A stretch of 49,594 nt of DNA from a virus: IMG/VR virus record IMGVR_UViG_3300021587_000025, one strand, 5' to 3'. Position numbers and translations under genes: made by a program. Below, one piece after another: positions 1 to 9,905 of this stretch. The notes beneath the pieces are model-generated. The model saw nothing but the letters and a program-made list of their open reading frames with translations. It was not told the DNA's origin and did no database searches. How positions within the stretch are numbered: position 1 is the first letter of the stretch; every line of letters begins with the position of its first letter.

Positions 1-3000
1 GGGTTGGTTTAATACTTCACTAATACAATTCTCTACTGTTACATCATCTGCTGTCCATACAAATAAACCATTATTTACACCAGCTTCTGTGACATAAATA
101 ACATTGTTAATAGTAACTTTTTTATTTCTGGGTGTGCCTGTATGGGTATTATCTCCTGCCCACTCTATACAAACCGGTTCAAGTCCGCCTATTTCTCCGT
201 TATACAAAAAAATATCCGAAATCTCAATGTTCTCGGACCCGTAACCTACGAAAACAAAATGAGCAGTCACCTCAATCCCTGTTAATTTACTTATCTGAAT
301 ATTTTTAGACCGTATCACTTTTACTCCATCTATTCTTACATCGCTATCACCAAAATCATCGCAGAAGAGATCAGTCAATCGAACATCTTTAGCATGGCTT
401 AACCATACAAGCCCTCCTTCATGAGATACACTGTCTCGAAAATGCTTTCCTGTACAATCATGGACACTAACTCTAATTATTGGCTCATCAGAAGTACCTT
501 CTCCTTTGATAGCTGCTCGCCATATATTCTGAAAATAACAGTTTTTAACTATTAAGTCCTTGACACCAGGAATAACTTTGATAGCAGCATAACCATCAGT
601 CTGATGTTCAACATTACCATCGAATTCAATGTCTTGAATCGTTATCCCATCATGATTAATGTTGAAGAATTCACAATTAGCTCCATCAGCTAATCTGAGG
701 ATAGTATTCCGTCCTGTACCAGCGATTGTTATACTATCACCTGTTGTTGAAGTATTTCCTGTAATTGTAAACACGCCCTCTCCGAAAAATATCTTTCCTC
801 CGTTTGATACGCTATTCATCGCTGTTCGAATTACACTTGTATCATCAGTGCCGGCAGCACCTTGAGTAATTGTTTCTCCATTTGCATTTTTTGCATAAAT
901 TATTCCATTATCTTTATATATAATTGCCGTATACGGTCCTCTTCCTCCCATTTCACCTATTATACTTTCAAGATATTCAATTCTTTCCTCTAAACTTGAT
1001 ATATTAGAGCTATGTACAAATCTTGCATATATATTCTTCCATCTGAAACCTAAAGATCCTAAATTATAAGATTCATCATCATAAGGAACAACATCTGCAT
1101 TCTTTATATCTATTTGTGCTTTATCAGCGTCTCCCGATACGTGTATCCTTTCTGTGGGCGCTCCTACAGAATCAGTAGTTAAAAATGAAAGAGCACCAGG
1201 AAAAGAAGAAGAGTTTCTATCAAATAATCGGATTTGAGCATGACCGTATGAAGGATCACCACCCGCCAATATAAGATCATGTTTACCCCATAATCTTCGA
1301 TCTAATTTAACATCATCATCTATATCTAAGATCGATGTACCTAAAGCACCAATTTTCGTAAAAGATCCAGTATTTGCAAATACTTCTATCCATCTGTGAG
1401 CAGAAGAGCCTAAATAGGATGAGAGATTGTCATAAGGTAATAAATGTGCATTTTTTATGTACACAATACTTCTGTCTGCATTACCAGTAAGACTTAGTCT
1501 TTCAGTTGATGTTCCATTAGAATCCGGTGTCATTAAAGTTAAATCAGTTGAGGTTAGTCTAATCTGAGTATTCTCTGTTGTAGAATTACTATATCCTATT
1601 GTAAAAGTATTATTGCTCCATATTCGAGATTCAACTTGGACATTAGAAAATAAGCTACTTACTGCATATATGTTTTTCCATCTTTTACTTGGGTTTCCTA
1701 AATCCTGTTCAGTATCAATGTACGGTATTAAATGCGCTCCTCTTACTGTAATATCAACGTTTCCACTACCCTCAGGTATCTCAATGCGAGGGACTATCGA
1801 CTGACCTGAAAATGTTCCTAATAATATTTTGCTATTACTCCCTGGTGTTAATTGGATTCTCGATGCAACAGCAGTATCTTCTGCTATTAAATTGAGACCA
1901 TCACTTGAATTACCAACTACATCTCCATCAACTTTTAGATTATCAGTGCATTCAATTATATTTCCCGAATAAGAAGTAATCGTGTCAGTTTCTAATCCTG
2001 ATTCACATTTGAGTAAGCCAGTCATTGATTGAGATCCATCTCTTGAGAGCTTAATGAGACTTAGATTCTGAATTGAATATTCTAATGCTGAACAATTACA
2101 GCTAACATTGCTACTTAAATTTTCTTCAAGATAATCTACTCGTGCATCTAAATCAGATATGTTGGCACTATTGGCCAGTATAGCATCAGGAATAATAGTT
2201 CCGGAAAAATTGCCTTTTGCAGCATAGACGCATCGCCACGTATAACCCGAGGATCCTAAATCCCATCTGTTGTCTGTATACGGAAAGACATCTGCATTCT
2301 CTATTACTATATCGCCGTCGTCCCAACCTCCATGAATGTGAATTCGTTTAACCGGTCCTGAATCTCCGGGTGCGTATACCTCAATATCGTTATAGAAGAA
2401 TTTTATGTGGGGATAACCAACCGGAAATTCGGCTCCGCTGCCTATAGTCAATAGAGGATTGCCCCATATATGAGAATTCACAACAAGATCCTTATCACAT
2501 GTAAGTGTGTCACCTGAGACAGTGCTAATAGTGTTTGTTTTTAATCCTGCTTCACATTGTAATAATCCAGTCATTGGTTGAGAACCGTCTCGCGAAAGCT
2601 TGATTGCACTTAAATTTTCAATGTTGTTTGCATTGGAAGTTATATTTGCACTATTGAGAAGGACTGCATCAGGAAGTATCACACCTGAAAAATTGCCTGA
2701 AACTGCATAAATATTCTTCCACCTGTTACCACTACTACCTAAGTCTTGGTAATTATCTTCGTAGGGAATAAGATTTGAGTCTTTAATTTTAATATCAATA
2801 AAATCGCTTTTACCAGGAATTAACACACGAGATGCGATCGCTCCTCCTGATTGAGGAGTCCTCACAAGAATTTCGCCATTTCCAGTTGAATCCCAAGTAT
2901 AGAGTTCTATCCGGGGGGCATGGGCGTCTAAATTGGATGCTAACAGCAAACCTATGCTGTCATTACCCCATAAAACTGCATCAATTTTTAGTGGCTTTTG

Positions 3001-3291
3001 ACAATTTAAAAATGATTGAGATGTAGTGGATATTGTATCGGTTTTTAAACCACTGCCACATACCAGCTCACCTTCCATTGGTTGTGAACCGTCTCTTGAC
3101 AACTTGATATTACTCAGATTCTCAATTGCAAATTCTAAAGCAGAACAGTTACAACTTATATTACCACCACCAAGATTCGCTTCAATGTATTCTATTTCAT
3201 CTTGTAAATTAGGATAAACACTGCGAGTTAGTCTTACAGCATTACTCCAAATACTTTCGATTTTTGAATAGGATGAACCATTATCGCCCAT
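1..3291 (-). CDS. Tail fibre/tailspike, 3'-truncated by the window edge (>1097 aa): repeat-built fibre arm followed by a pectate-lyase-like right-handed beta-helix
   Basis: Not in the ORF track. Manual translation from ATG at 3291 (MGDNGSSYSKIESIW...) is open to position 1. It has 3 KLSRDGSQxMxG repeats and 5 P-Y/F-x-D-x(3)-LG-x(4)-W-x-x-I/V-Y/F-A-like repeats, then 'GTDDTSVIRTAMNSVSNGGKIFFGEGVF...IAGTGRNTILRLADGAN...IEFDGN', a typical beta-helix start. Confidence 0.8.
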   Translation of the reverse strand, partial: MGDNGSSYSKIESIWSNAVRLTRSVYPNLQDEIEYIEANLGGGNISCNCSALEFAIENLSNIKLSRDGSQPMEGELVCGSGLKTDTISTTSQSFLNCQKPLKIDAVLWGNDSIGLLLASNLDAHAPRIELYTWDSTGNGEILVRTPQSGGAIASRVLIPGKSDFIDIKIKDSNLIPYEDNYQDLGSSGNRWKNIYAVSGNFSGVILPDAVLLNSANITSNANNIENLSAIKLSRDGSQPMTGLLQCEAGLKTNTISTVSGDTLTCDKDLVVNSHIWGNPLLTIGSGAEFPVGYPHIKFFYNDIEVYAPGDSGPVKRIHIHGGWDDGDIVIENADVFPYTDNRWDLGSSGYTWRCVYAAKGNFSGTIIPDAILANSANISDLDARVDYLEENLSSNVSCNCSALEYSIQNLSLIKLSRDGSQSMTGLLKCESGLETDTITSYSGNIIECTDNLKVDGDVVGNSSDGLNLIAEDTAVASRIQLTPGSNSKILLGTFSGQSIVPRIEIPEGSGNVDITVRGAHLIPYIDTEQDLGNPSKRWKNIYAVSSLFSNVQVESRIWSNNTFTIGYSNSTTENTQIRLTSTDLTLMTPDSNGTSTERLSLTGNADRSIVYIKNAHLLPYDNLSSYLGSSAHRWIEVFANTGSFTKIGALGTSILDIDDDVKLDRRLWGKHDLILAGGDPSYGHAQIRLFDRNSSSFPGALSFLTTDSVGAPTERIHVSGDADKAQIDIKNADVVPYDDESYNLGSLGFRWKNIYARFVHSSNISSLEERIEYLESIIGEMGGRGPYTAIIYKDNGIIYAKNANGETITQGAAGTDDTSVIRTAMNSVSNGGKIFFGEGVFTITGNTSTTGDSITIAGTGRNTILRLADGANCEFFNINHDGITIQDIEFDGNVEHQTDGYAAIKVIPGVKDLIVKNCYFQNIWRAAIKGEGTSDEPIIRVSVHDCTGKHFRDSVSHEGGLVWLSHAKDVRLTDLFCDDFGDSDVRIDGVKVIRSKNIQISKLTGIEVTAHFVFVGYGSENIEISDIFLYNGEIGGLEPVCIEWAGDNTHTGTPRNKKVTINNVIYVTEAGVNNGLFVWTADDVTVENCISEVLNQP

Positions 3292-3297
3292 TTCTCT

Positions 3298-4401
3298 TTA
3301 CTTATACTCTAATACAATCGAAGTTGAAGATATATTACTACAATTTGATATTTTTAATTGTATGCCATTATCTGTTTCAATTATATGTGTAAAACTTTCA
3401 TTATATCTATATCCACCTGCACTTCCTAAATTGTAAGTCTTTTCATAACTCCATCCGTTTGCATCATCAATTATTACTTTAATATAACCATTAGAAGCTG
3501 AGGTTAACATCATGAGTTTATAACCTATAAGAGTCACTGTGGTATTAAATTGATACATTGTAGAAACTGTACCTGCACCTAATAAGTATTTATCGCTTGA
3601 AGATGGATTCTCAAGGTAGAAAGGCATAGTTCTCGGCACTTTAAATATACTTGCATTTACCTCATCGAAATAGCCTTTAACAGCATGTATTTCACTCCAT
3701 CTCTCTCCAGAACCACCTAATCGTAATTCATTATCAGTACCAGGAACTAAATGGGCATTATAAATTATTATCCAGCTGGTCTGATATCCTCCCCATATCC
3801 AGATTCGCCATTGTTCGCTTCCAGATTCACTAGAAGTTCCTGGAGTAGCAATAAGCATGCTACCTTTAAAATCAGGATGAGTGCCATCATAAAGCTGGAT
3901 GTAAGGATGTGGAACCAAAGCATGACCCGCTCTCAATAGCAATCCATCACTTCCTCTTATATATTCATCAATTATCAACGCGCAATCAACATTTAGAGGA
4001 CCAGCATCTATACTATAAAGAGTGTCAAAGAAGCCTCCTTGTGCATAAATTCCTTTCCAAGACACACTTGACTTGCCTAAATAAAACGTATCGTTGGCAG
4101 AAGGAATCAAATCTGAAGTAATTTGAATGGAACCATTTTGACTATTAATTTGACTTGTTTTCAAGCCTGCATTGCATATTAACTCACCTGTCATAGCTTG
4201 ACTACCATCACGTGAAAGCTTAATATCGGAGAGATTAGCTATGTTATTAGTATTGGTGTAAATACTTGTTGTGTTTGCATTTATCAATGTCTGTTGATAT
4301 GAAATGTTACCTTCATTCGTCATAATACTATCTTTTATAGCATTCAATCTCGCTGCATTTATAACAGTAACATAATCTTTCCAAACATCTAAATCAGCCA
4401 T
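3298..4401 (-). CDS. Tail fibre-like protein, paralogous to the arm of the downstream fibre
   Basis: Shares KLSRDGSQAMTGELICNAGLKT and two LG-x(4)-W-x-x-I-Y/H-A motifs with the 1..3291 protein; located at the distal end of the tail module. Confidence 0.7.
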   Translation of the reverse strand: MADLDVWKDYVTVINAARLNAIKDSIMTNEGNISYQQTLINANTTSIYTNTNNIANLSDIKLSRDGSQAMTGELICNAGLKTSQINSQNGSIQITSDLIPSANDTFYLGKSSVSWKGIYAQGGFFDTLYSIDAGPLNVDCALIIDEYIRGSDGLLLRAGHALVPHPYIQLYDGTHPDFKGSMLIATPGTSSESGSEQWRIWIWGGYQTSWIIIYNAHLVPGTDNELRLGGSGERWSEIHAVKGYFDEVNASIFKVPRTMPFYLENPSSSDKYLLGAGTVSTMYQFNTTVTLIGYKLMMLTSASNGYIKVIIDDANGWSYEKTYNLGSAGGYRYNESFTHIIETDNGIQLKISNCSNISSTSIVLEYK

Positions 4402-4402
4402 T

Positions 4403-5503
4403 TTATTTTAAACTCCTAAATATTGTACTTAAAGATTTATAGCTTCTTCCTAAGTATAATGTAGTAAATAAACCGTTTTCATCTATTGTATATCTTAATG
4501 ATTTTAATTCAAGAATTTTTGTAATTCCTGGGAGATTAACTCTAACTTTTCCGAAGACTGGATAAACTAAATCTGCAAGTGTAACTTCTATTGCATCTGT
4601 CAATTCATTTCTTATTTTTAATTCTCGTTCTGCTCTTTGTCTTGCATCCCATTCAGTAAGAATTGTATCATCTTCTATATATATTTCCTTATTAGAAGTA
4701 GCCATTTCATCTACTGCGTCTCCTGTTACATAAATCGGATTCCCTGTACTGTCTTCTCCTATCTTAGTACCTCGTACATGACATCTTCTATAACTATCCT
4801 CTTGTGAGGTTTCTACATTTATGTCCGTTATTTTTGAATTCTTATCTATGGTGTATTTTATTTCATCAGTCTTATCCTCTATCACTAATGTATTACCATC
4901 AAGATATAACATACATTTATCACCAAGAATTCTATACAAACAATCCAAAAGTGATAATTCCCAATATTTGAAACTCAAATCTACCGTGTCAGCACTATTA
5001 GCTGATTTATTCTCTATATCCATACCCGCTACACTTACAAATTGCTGTATTACTTCTGAAAGCGTACCACGAAAATCTTTTTGGTCTCCTTCTTTTAAAT
5101 AACGATGTGCTAATTCATCAAATCGAGATATACAATTTAATTCAGACATGATATTGCCTTTGCCCATGACAGTACGCTGAGTTTCACTTTTTATCTTACC
5201 CATAAATACTACTTTCTTCAATCCTTTGCCAAGATGGATACTAACATCCGAATCTATAAGAAGCTGCCCATTATGCACTATGGTAATTGTAGCACTATCA
5301 TCTGTGAATGGCTGATTAAGAATAATTTCAGCTCTAACAAGTGGAAAGAAATATGTGAACCAGCCATCAGGAGTAGTTACTTGTGCAACTCCTTTTATAT
5401 CAGAAGAAGAAACAGTAGGTAGATAATAGGAAATATCGCCACAAATTGTATAACCACAAATTGCTATTCCACAAATCGCACGAGTTCTTTTTCTTCTTTT
5501 CAT
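4403..5503 (-). CDS. Baseplate hub / tail-associated (Tal, gpD/gp44-like) protein
   Basis: 366 aa, follows two Dit-like genes; 'VVFMGKIKSETQ...ELNCISRFDEL' and 'DETEWDARQRAERELK'-type hub motifs; N-terminal AICGxxICG motif. Confidence 0.6.
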   Translation of the reverse strand: MKRRKRTRAICGIAICGYTICGDISYYLPTVSSSDIKGVAQVTTPDGWFTYFFPLVRAEIILNQPFTDDSATITIVHNGQLLIDSDVSIHLGKGLKKVVFMGKIKSETQRTVMGKGNIMSELNCISRFDELAHRYLKEGDQKDFRGTLSEVIQQFVSVAGMDIENKSANSADTVDLSFKYWELSLLDCLYRILGDKCMLYLDGNTLVIEDKTDEIKYTIDKNSKITDINVETSQEDSYRRCHVRGTKIGEDSTGNPIYVTGDAVDEMATSNKEIYIEDDTILTEWDARQRAERELKIRNELTDAIEVTLADLVYPVFGKVRVNLPGITKILELKSLRYTIDENGLFTTLYLGRSYKSLSTIFRSLK

Positions 5504-7587
5504 AAATAAGCATCACGCCATTTCAATTTCATAGTAGCATCGTTATTAAGATTCTTATACCCTATAAATATCTTATTTGCTTTGTTTGGATAAAGATAAA
5601 CGAAACCTTTATTTGCAAAATTTACTGGCGAACGAATTTCCATATTTGTTATTGAAGTATAAGTAGTAGCTACTAAATGCAAATAGAAATGGTCTTTTCC
5701 CAAAAGATTACAACCACTATTATAAATAGGAAACATATATGGAGAATTTGCAAACACTACTTTATACATGTAATTAGTATCAGTTGTACTGTTAAGAGAA
5801 ATATAAGCATTTACATCTCCACTACCACTCCAATGCCCTTCAGGAAAGTTAGCAAATGGTGCTAAAGAGTATAATCCGAATTGAACCCATTCACCCGAAT
5901 CTAAAATTATTTGTGAAGAATAAACACTTGCACCCGATGCCTTAGCTACTACACAATCATCGACGTGCCCACTTTCAAAAGGATTAAATCTATAATAATT
6001 AGAATCATTAAAATGACCATTTTCGCCTAAGAATGATTTTTCAAAAACTAATTCAGTGCTTCTATCTAATAAACTTCTAATTTTGAAATTCTTTACAGGA
6101 GTTTTGTATTTCACTTGTGATACTATAGTTTCAGAATTATGAGTGACATTAAATATTTGTTCCCCTGCGATTGTTCTTTCATAAAAAATTAATCCATCAC
6201 CAGTAGTAGAAGACTGATAAATATTCACTCTTGGTGCTGTACCTGTATATTCAGGATTTAGTTCAATAGCAAACGTATCAAAACCGGATGGATTAAATCT
6301 CAACGTGTGACTGCCACTCCAATCACTCCCACTAATAGTTGTCTTTTTTAAAATCATATTTGGATTGAAAGAGCGATTATTGACATCACTCACTGAAGCT
6401 GGATAAATATTTACATACATATAACCACTAAAATCAGAAGATCCATAGAAGGTTATTTCAACAGGAGCGTGATTATCCACTTCGGGAATTTGAAATACTG
6501 AAACTATAGAATAACCATCAAATCCCATCAGTAGTTGGTCTATGCCGATCATTGATTCACAATAGGATGCATCCCTACTTAAACTTCCATCCTTATATCC
6601 TATGAGGATGGGAGAACCATCATAGTTTTTAATAGGAATAAATTTAGCATCTCCTTCATTTTGGATTGTTGACTGTATTACTCGCCATTCACTTAAATTC
6701 TTATCCCAGACAGACAAACTCCATCCTCCGGGTTTTCCATGAAAGAGAAATAAACATTGTCCTGCAAACCGAATGCTCTCCCATAGTTTGAGAAAGTTTA
6801 TTTTCACCACGATATCCCTATTAACTGCATCGGAAGATGAAAGCTGTATAAAATTAGCAACATACGGGACGTGAATAGGAAGTCGGTTATAAAACAATTC
6901 GGAATCAGCAACTTCTAATTTTTCCTTTTCTCCTTTATCAAGAACTCTCCACATCCACCTACTCTCATTTTCGTAGCTTGGAAAAAGAATTCCATTTTCT
7001 TCAAACCAACTAACATTAGGAATATTTGTTAATGCTTTTATATTGCAATTACTTGTTTTGATCGAACCATAACCCGTTATTTCATAAGATTTACCAGTTG
7101 AAGAATAACTCTTTGTTGTAGACGCTAACCGATAACTTTCTATTGCGAATCCTAATGGTGTTTTGACTTCTCCATTGACATTTATAGTTAATTCTTTTGA
7201 TGTACTATCTAAATTAAATGATAGGGAATTTTCATTTGGAGAATATTTGTAAGGATCAGCAATTATGAATTCTAATTCTACTTCTTTATCATGAACAATA
7301 GGTGCTTCTAATCGTGAATTTCTTCTATTGAATTCAACATACTGAATATATCCATCATATCTTCGTAATTTTAATATATCTGCACTATGCAATTCTTGTA
7401 TTAATGAACTTAGATTTTCAGTAAAGGCTCTAATTCTTAGAGTAGCAGCAGTTACTTCTTGTGAAACAAAACTACCAGTTTCTCCTGTAAATTTAGCATG
7501 AGTAGTAGCAAGAGTAGTATCTTCATCAAACTCTACTGCTTTAAAAGTTACATTTCCCACCTGCCAAACCGAACTAATATTCGTCAT
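5500..7587 (-). CDS. Distal tail (Dit)-like protein with a large inserted accessory region
   Basis: N-terminal 'FIIADPYKYS...INVNGEVKTPL' and C-terminal 'MKLKWRDAYL' are Dit-like signatures; position after the tape measure. Confidence 0.6.
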   Translation of the reverse strand: MTNISSVWQVGNVTFKAVEFDEDTTLATTHAKFTGETGSFVSQEVTAATLRIRAFTENLSSLIQELHSADILKLRRYDGYIQYVEFNRRNSRLEAPIVHDKEVELEFIIADPYKYSPNENSLSFNLDSTSKELTINVNGEVKTPLGFAIESYRLASTTKSYSSTGKSYEITGYGSIKTSNCNIKALTNIPNVSWFEENGILFPSYENESRWMWRVLDKGEKEKLEVADSELFYNRLPIHVPYVANFIQLSSSDAVNRDIVVKINFLKLWESIRFAGQCLFLFHGKPGGWSLSVWDKNLSEWRVIQSTIQNEGDAKFIPIKNYDGSPILIGYKDGSLSRDASYCESMIGIDQLLMGFDGYSIVSVFQIPEVDNHAPVEITFYGSSDFSGYMYVNIYPASVSDVNNRSFNPNMILKKTTISGSDWSGSHTLRFNPSGFDTFAIELNPEYTGTAPRVNIYQSSTTGDGLIFYERTIAGEQIFNVTHNSETIVSQVKYKTPVKNFKIRSLLDRSTELVFEKSFLGENGHFNDSNYYRFNPFESGHVDDCVVAKASGASVYSSQIILDSGEWVQFGLYSLAPFANFPEGHWSGSGDVNAYISLNSTTDTNYMYKVVFANSPYMFPIYNSGCNLLGKDHFYLHLVATTYTSITNMEIRSPVNFANKGFVYLYPNKANKIFIGYKNLNNDATMKLKWRDAYL

Positions 7588-9896
7588 GTATAATAAGCAG
7601 CTCTATACTCAACATGTAAATCTACATCAATATCTTTATCTTTTGAATAATAATAAGTAGTAGGACCGTCAGGAACAGCCCAGGGGAGAGGATTATAGAC
7701 ACTACCTAAATCACAACTAATATGAAGTGCAGAAAAACTCCCCCCTTCAAGCTTAAGAAAGAATCGTTCGAGACCTCGTAAATCTATTTCGGATGAACCT
7801 ATATAGCCTGTATGATTGGGAACAAAACTCACTTCATAGAAATCTTCATTATTACCTGAAACATAAGCATGAGAAACACTTCCTGCTAAATAAAACGTAG
7901 GAACTTCAATGATAGGTAAATTAGGTGAGATCAAATAAGTTATAGAACCACTCCCTAAATTTACAAGAGATGGTGATATACTTACTTCACCCATTTTTTC
8001 GTAGTAACTATCATATATATTTTCGAATGGATTAAATGTGAATTTATCACCCACCTTAGCATTCAATTCGTAATGACCTTGAATCCAAGGTCCTTGTAAT
8101 CGTGTAACTCTATAAGGCTCTAATTCATCATGAATTTCAACAACCCTTAAAGTTTCTATCTGACTGTACTCCTTTATTATTGATTTTCCTGAATGAGTAG
8201 CTCTCACATACTGAGTAGTTTCTTTCTGCTTACCATATATTCTCGTATCTACTTCAATTTCTCCACCACATATCTCCAATGTTTTTGCACCTGCCATATT
8301 GTATAATTCTACCCCTGGAAGCGTGCCTGCATTCAATAGTTCTTCTTTCAATTGAATGAGAATTCCTATATATGAAGCATCGGGCAAATAGTCTATAGAT
8401 GCCAGCGGTATCAAATGAGTGCCAGACCATTCATTACTCGGAATTTCAATTGTACGATACACAAACTCTCCTATCGCATCTGAAGCAGCATTAACAATAT
8501 GAATTTGTACTGTATTGTTCGGGATATTATTTATACCTTTTATGATAGCATATTGTAATATCTCATAGTCACGAGGAATAATAGTAGCAAGTCTATGCTC
8601 TTTTCTAAATACTCGCATGCGTAGGTAGTTAGTGCCTGTTGACATTGCAGCATAAGTTGTATTTTTAGTATAGCGCTGGCGGTCAATTACTAAATCCCAG
8701 CCTCTATCACACTCATTAGGACTACATATTATACCTGTTTTTTGATCATAGAAGAGAAACATCATGCCACCATTTACAGTTAGCGAACTCGAATAATTGA
8801 GAGTTAAGTCAAGATGTTTTATACCAGAATCTCCAGACCTGGGATGCGCATTTCTGACTGCTAAGGGAAACCATGAACCATTAGAAGAATCCCATGCATA
8901 TACATTCACACCATCTATATAATCATCGAAGTGACCAAATACTACAGGAACTCGAAAATCACCCAGTATCTGAATCCTGTCTATATTAGTATCACCTTTA
9001 AAATCCATAAAAATAGCTCCTGCTGCTGCTGTCAATCGTTCGGTTAACTCCCTCACATTACAATGAGGGCATGTACATGGTATATACGTATATGCAGTTC
9101 CAGTCAAAGGAAAATCGTAGCAATAATCATCTTTTAACCATAAAAACTGAATTATATCAGGATGATTTAAACTATGAGGCGATGGTTGAATACCCCATGT
9201 CCACTTAACTTCTCCATCTCCACACGGAATTGTTCCTGTTGTTGAATTAAGTGGAGGAAGAATATAATTCCACTGCCAATCAAAATTATCCCAAAAATCT
9301 TTCCATCGAGGAATAAAAATATGATGCATGTAAAGATGATCAAATCCGAGCTGGTCTTTTCTACCAAATAACAAATAACTACCAGTATCAGAACCAGTAA
9401 CAGTTTTCTTATTTACACCATAAACATCAAAATGAAGACTTATAGGAGTTTTAGTATCGCCAATGACTGCTGGCAGATTAAATGAACCACTTTCACTTGT
9501 TAATGCTCGACTTGCTTCAAATTTTTTACCATAGCGTAATGGATCAGTTGAAAGTACATCAACATCTACAATATATAAGTCCTCGATTTTCCCAGCTTGC
9601 ATAGGATGTTTATGGATATGAGTAGGAACACCATAAAACTTTGTAGATTCATTATATCCAAATTCTATTTCTTCATGTTTGTATAATTCTTGAAGAAGAT
9701 TGCGATATTGTGAATTATTCTCTACAAATAAAGTAAAATGATGCTCAGTAGGAAATAATCCTAAATCTTGATAATCATTCCTGTTTCTACCTAATATATC
9801 AATAGGCACATTCCCAGTTCTATAATCACATTCATAACTTATCACCATTGCACTCGCATTATTTCCGAATGTCACAACAGATGCATTCTCTACCAT
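7584..9896 (-). CDS. Second Dit-like tail-tip protein with a large insertion
   Basis: 'VLSTDPLRYG...VIGDTKTPI' and C-terminal 'LHVEYRAAYYT' parallel the 5500..7587 protein; contains a CTCPHC cluster; directly follows the tape measure. Confidence 0.6.
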   Translation of the reverse strand: MVENASVVTFGNNASAMVISYECDYRTGNVPIDILGRNRNDYQDLGLFPTEHHFTLFVENNSQYRNLLQELYKHEEIEFGYNESTKFYGVPTHIHKHPMQAGKIEDLYIVDVDVLSTDPLRYGKKFEASRALTSESGSFNLPAVIGDTKTPISLHFDVYGVNKKTVTGSDTGSYLLFGRKDQLGFDHLYMHHIFIPRWKDFWDNFDWQWNYILPPLNSTTGTIPCGDGEVKWTWGIQPSPHSLNHPDIIQFLWLKDDYCYDFPLTGTAYTYIPCTCPHCNVRELTERLTAAAGAIFMDFKGDTNIDRIQILGDFRVPVVFGHFDDYIDGVNVYAWDSSNGSWFPLAVRNAHPRSGDSGIKHLDLTLNYSSSLTVNGGMMFLFYDQKTGIICSPNECDRGWDLVIDRQRYTKNTTYAAMSTGTNYLRMRVFRKEHRLATIIPRDYEILQYAIIKGINNIPNNTVQIHIVNAASDAIGEFVYRTIEIPSNEWSGTHLIPLASIDYLPDASYIGILIQLKEELLNAGTLPGVELYNMAGAKTLEICGGEIEVDTRIYGKQKETTQYVRATHSGKSIIKEYSQIETLRVVEIHDELEPYRVTRLQGPWIQGHYELNAKVGDKFTFNPFENIYDSYYEKMGEVSISPSLVNLGSGSITYLISPNLPIIEVPTFYLAGSVSHAYVSGNNEDFYEVSFVPNHTGYIGSSEIDLRGLERFFLKLEGGSFSALHISCDLGSVYNPLPWAVPDGPTTYYYSKDKDIDVDLHVEYRAAYYT

Positions 9897-9905
9897 CTAA
9901 TCACC

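Noticed and set aside
1-3291. Peptidase S74 intramolecular chaperone after the LG..RW..IYA motifs
   Set aside because: The motif that often precedes S74 is present, but no SD.R.K-type start follows; the sequence continues into a beta-helix.
9167-9367. 66-aa minus-strand ORF in an alternative frame
   Set aside because: Fully nested in the Dit-like gene, with no RBS or motif.
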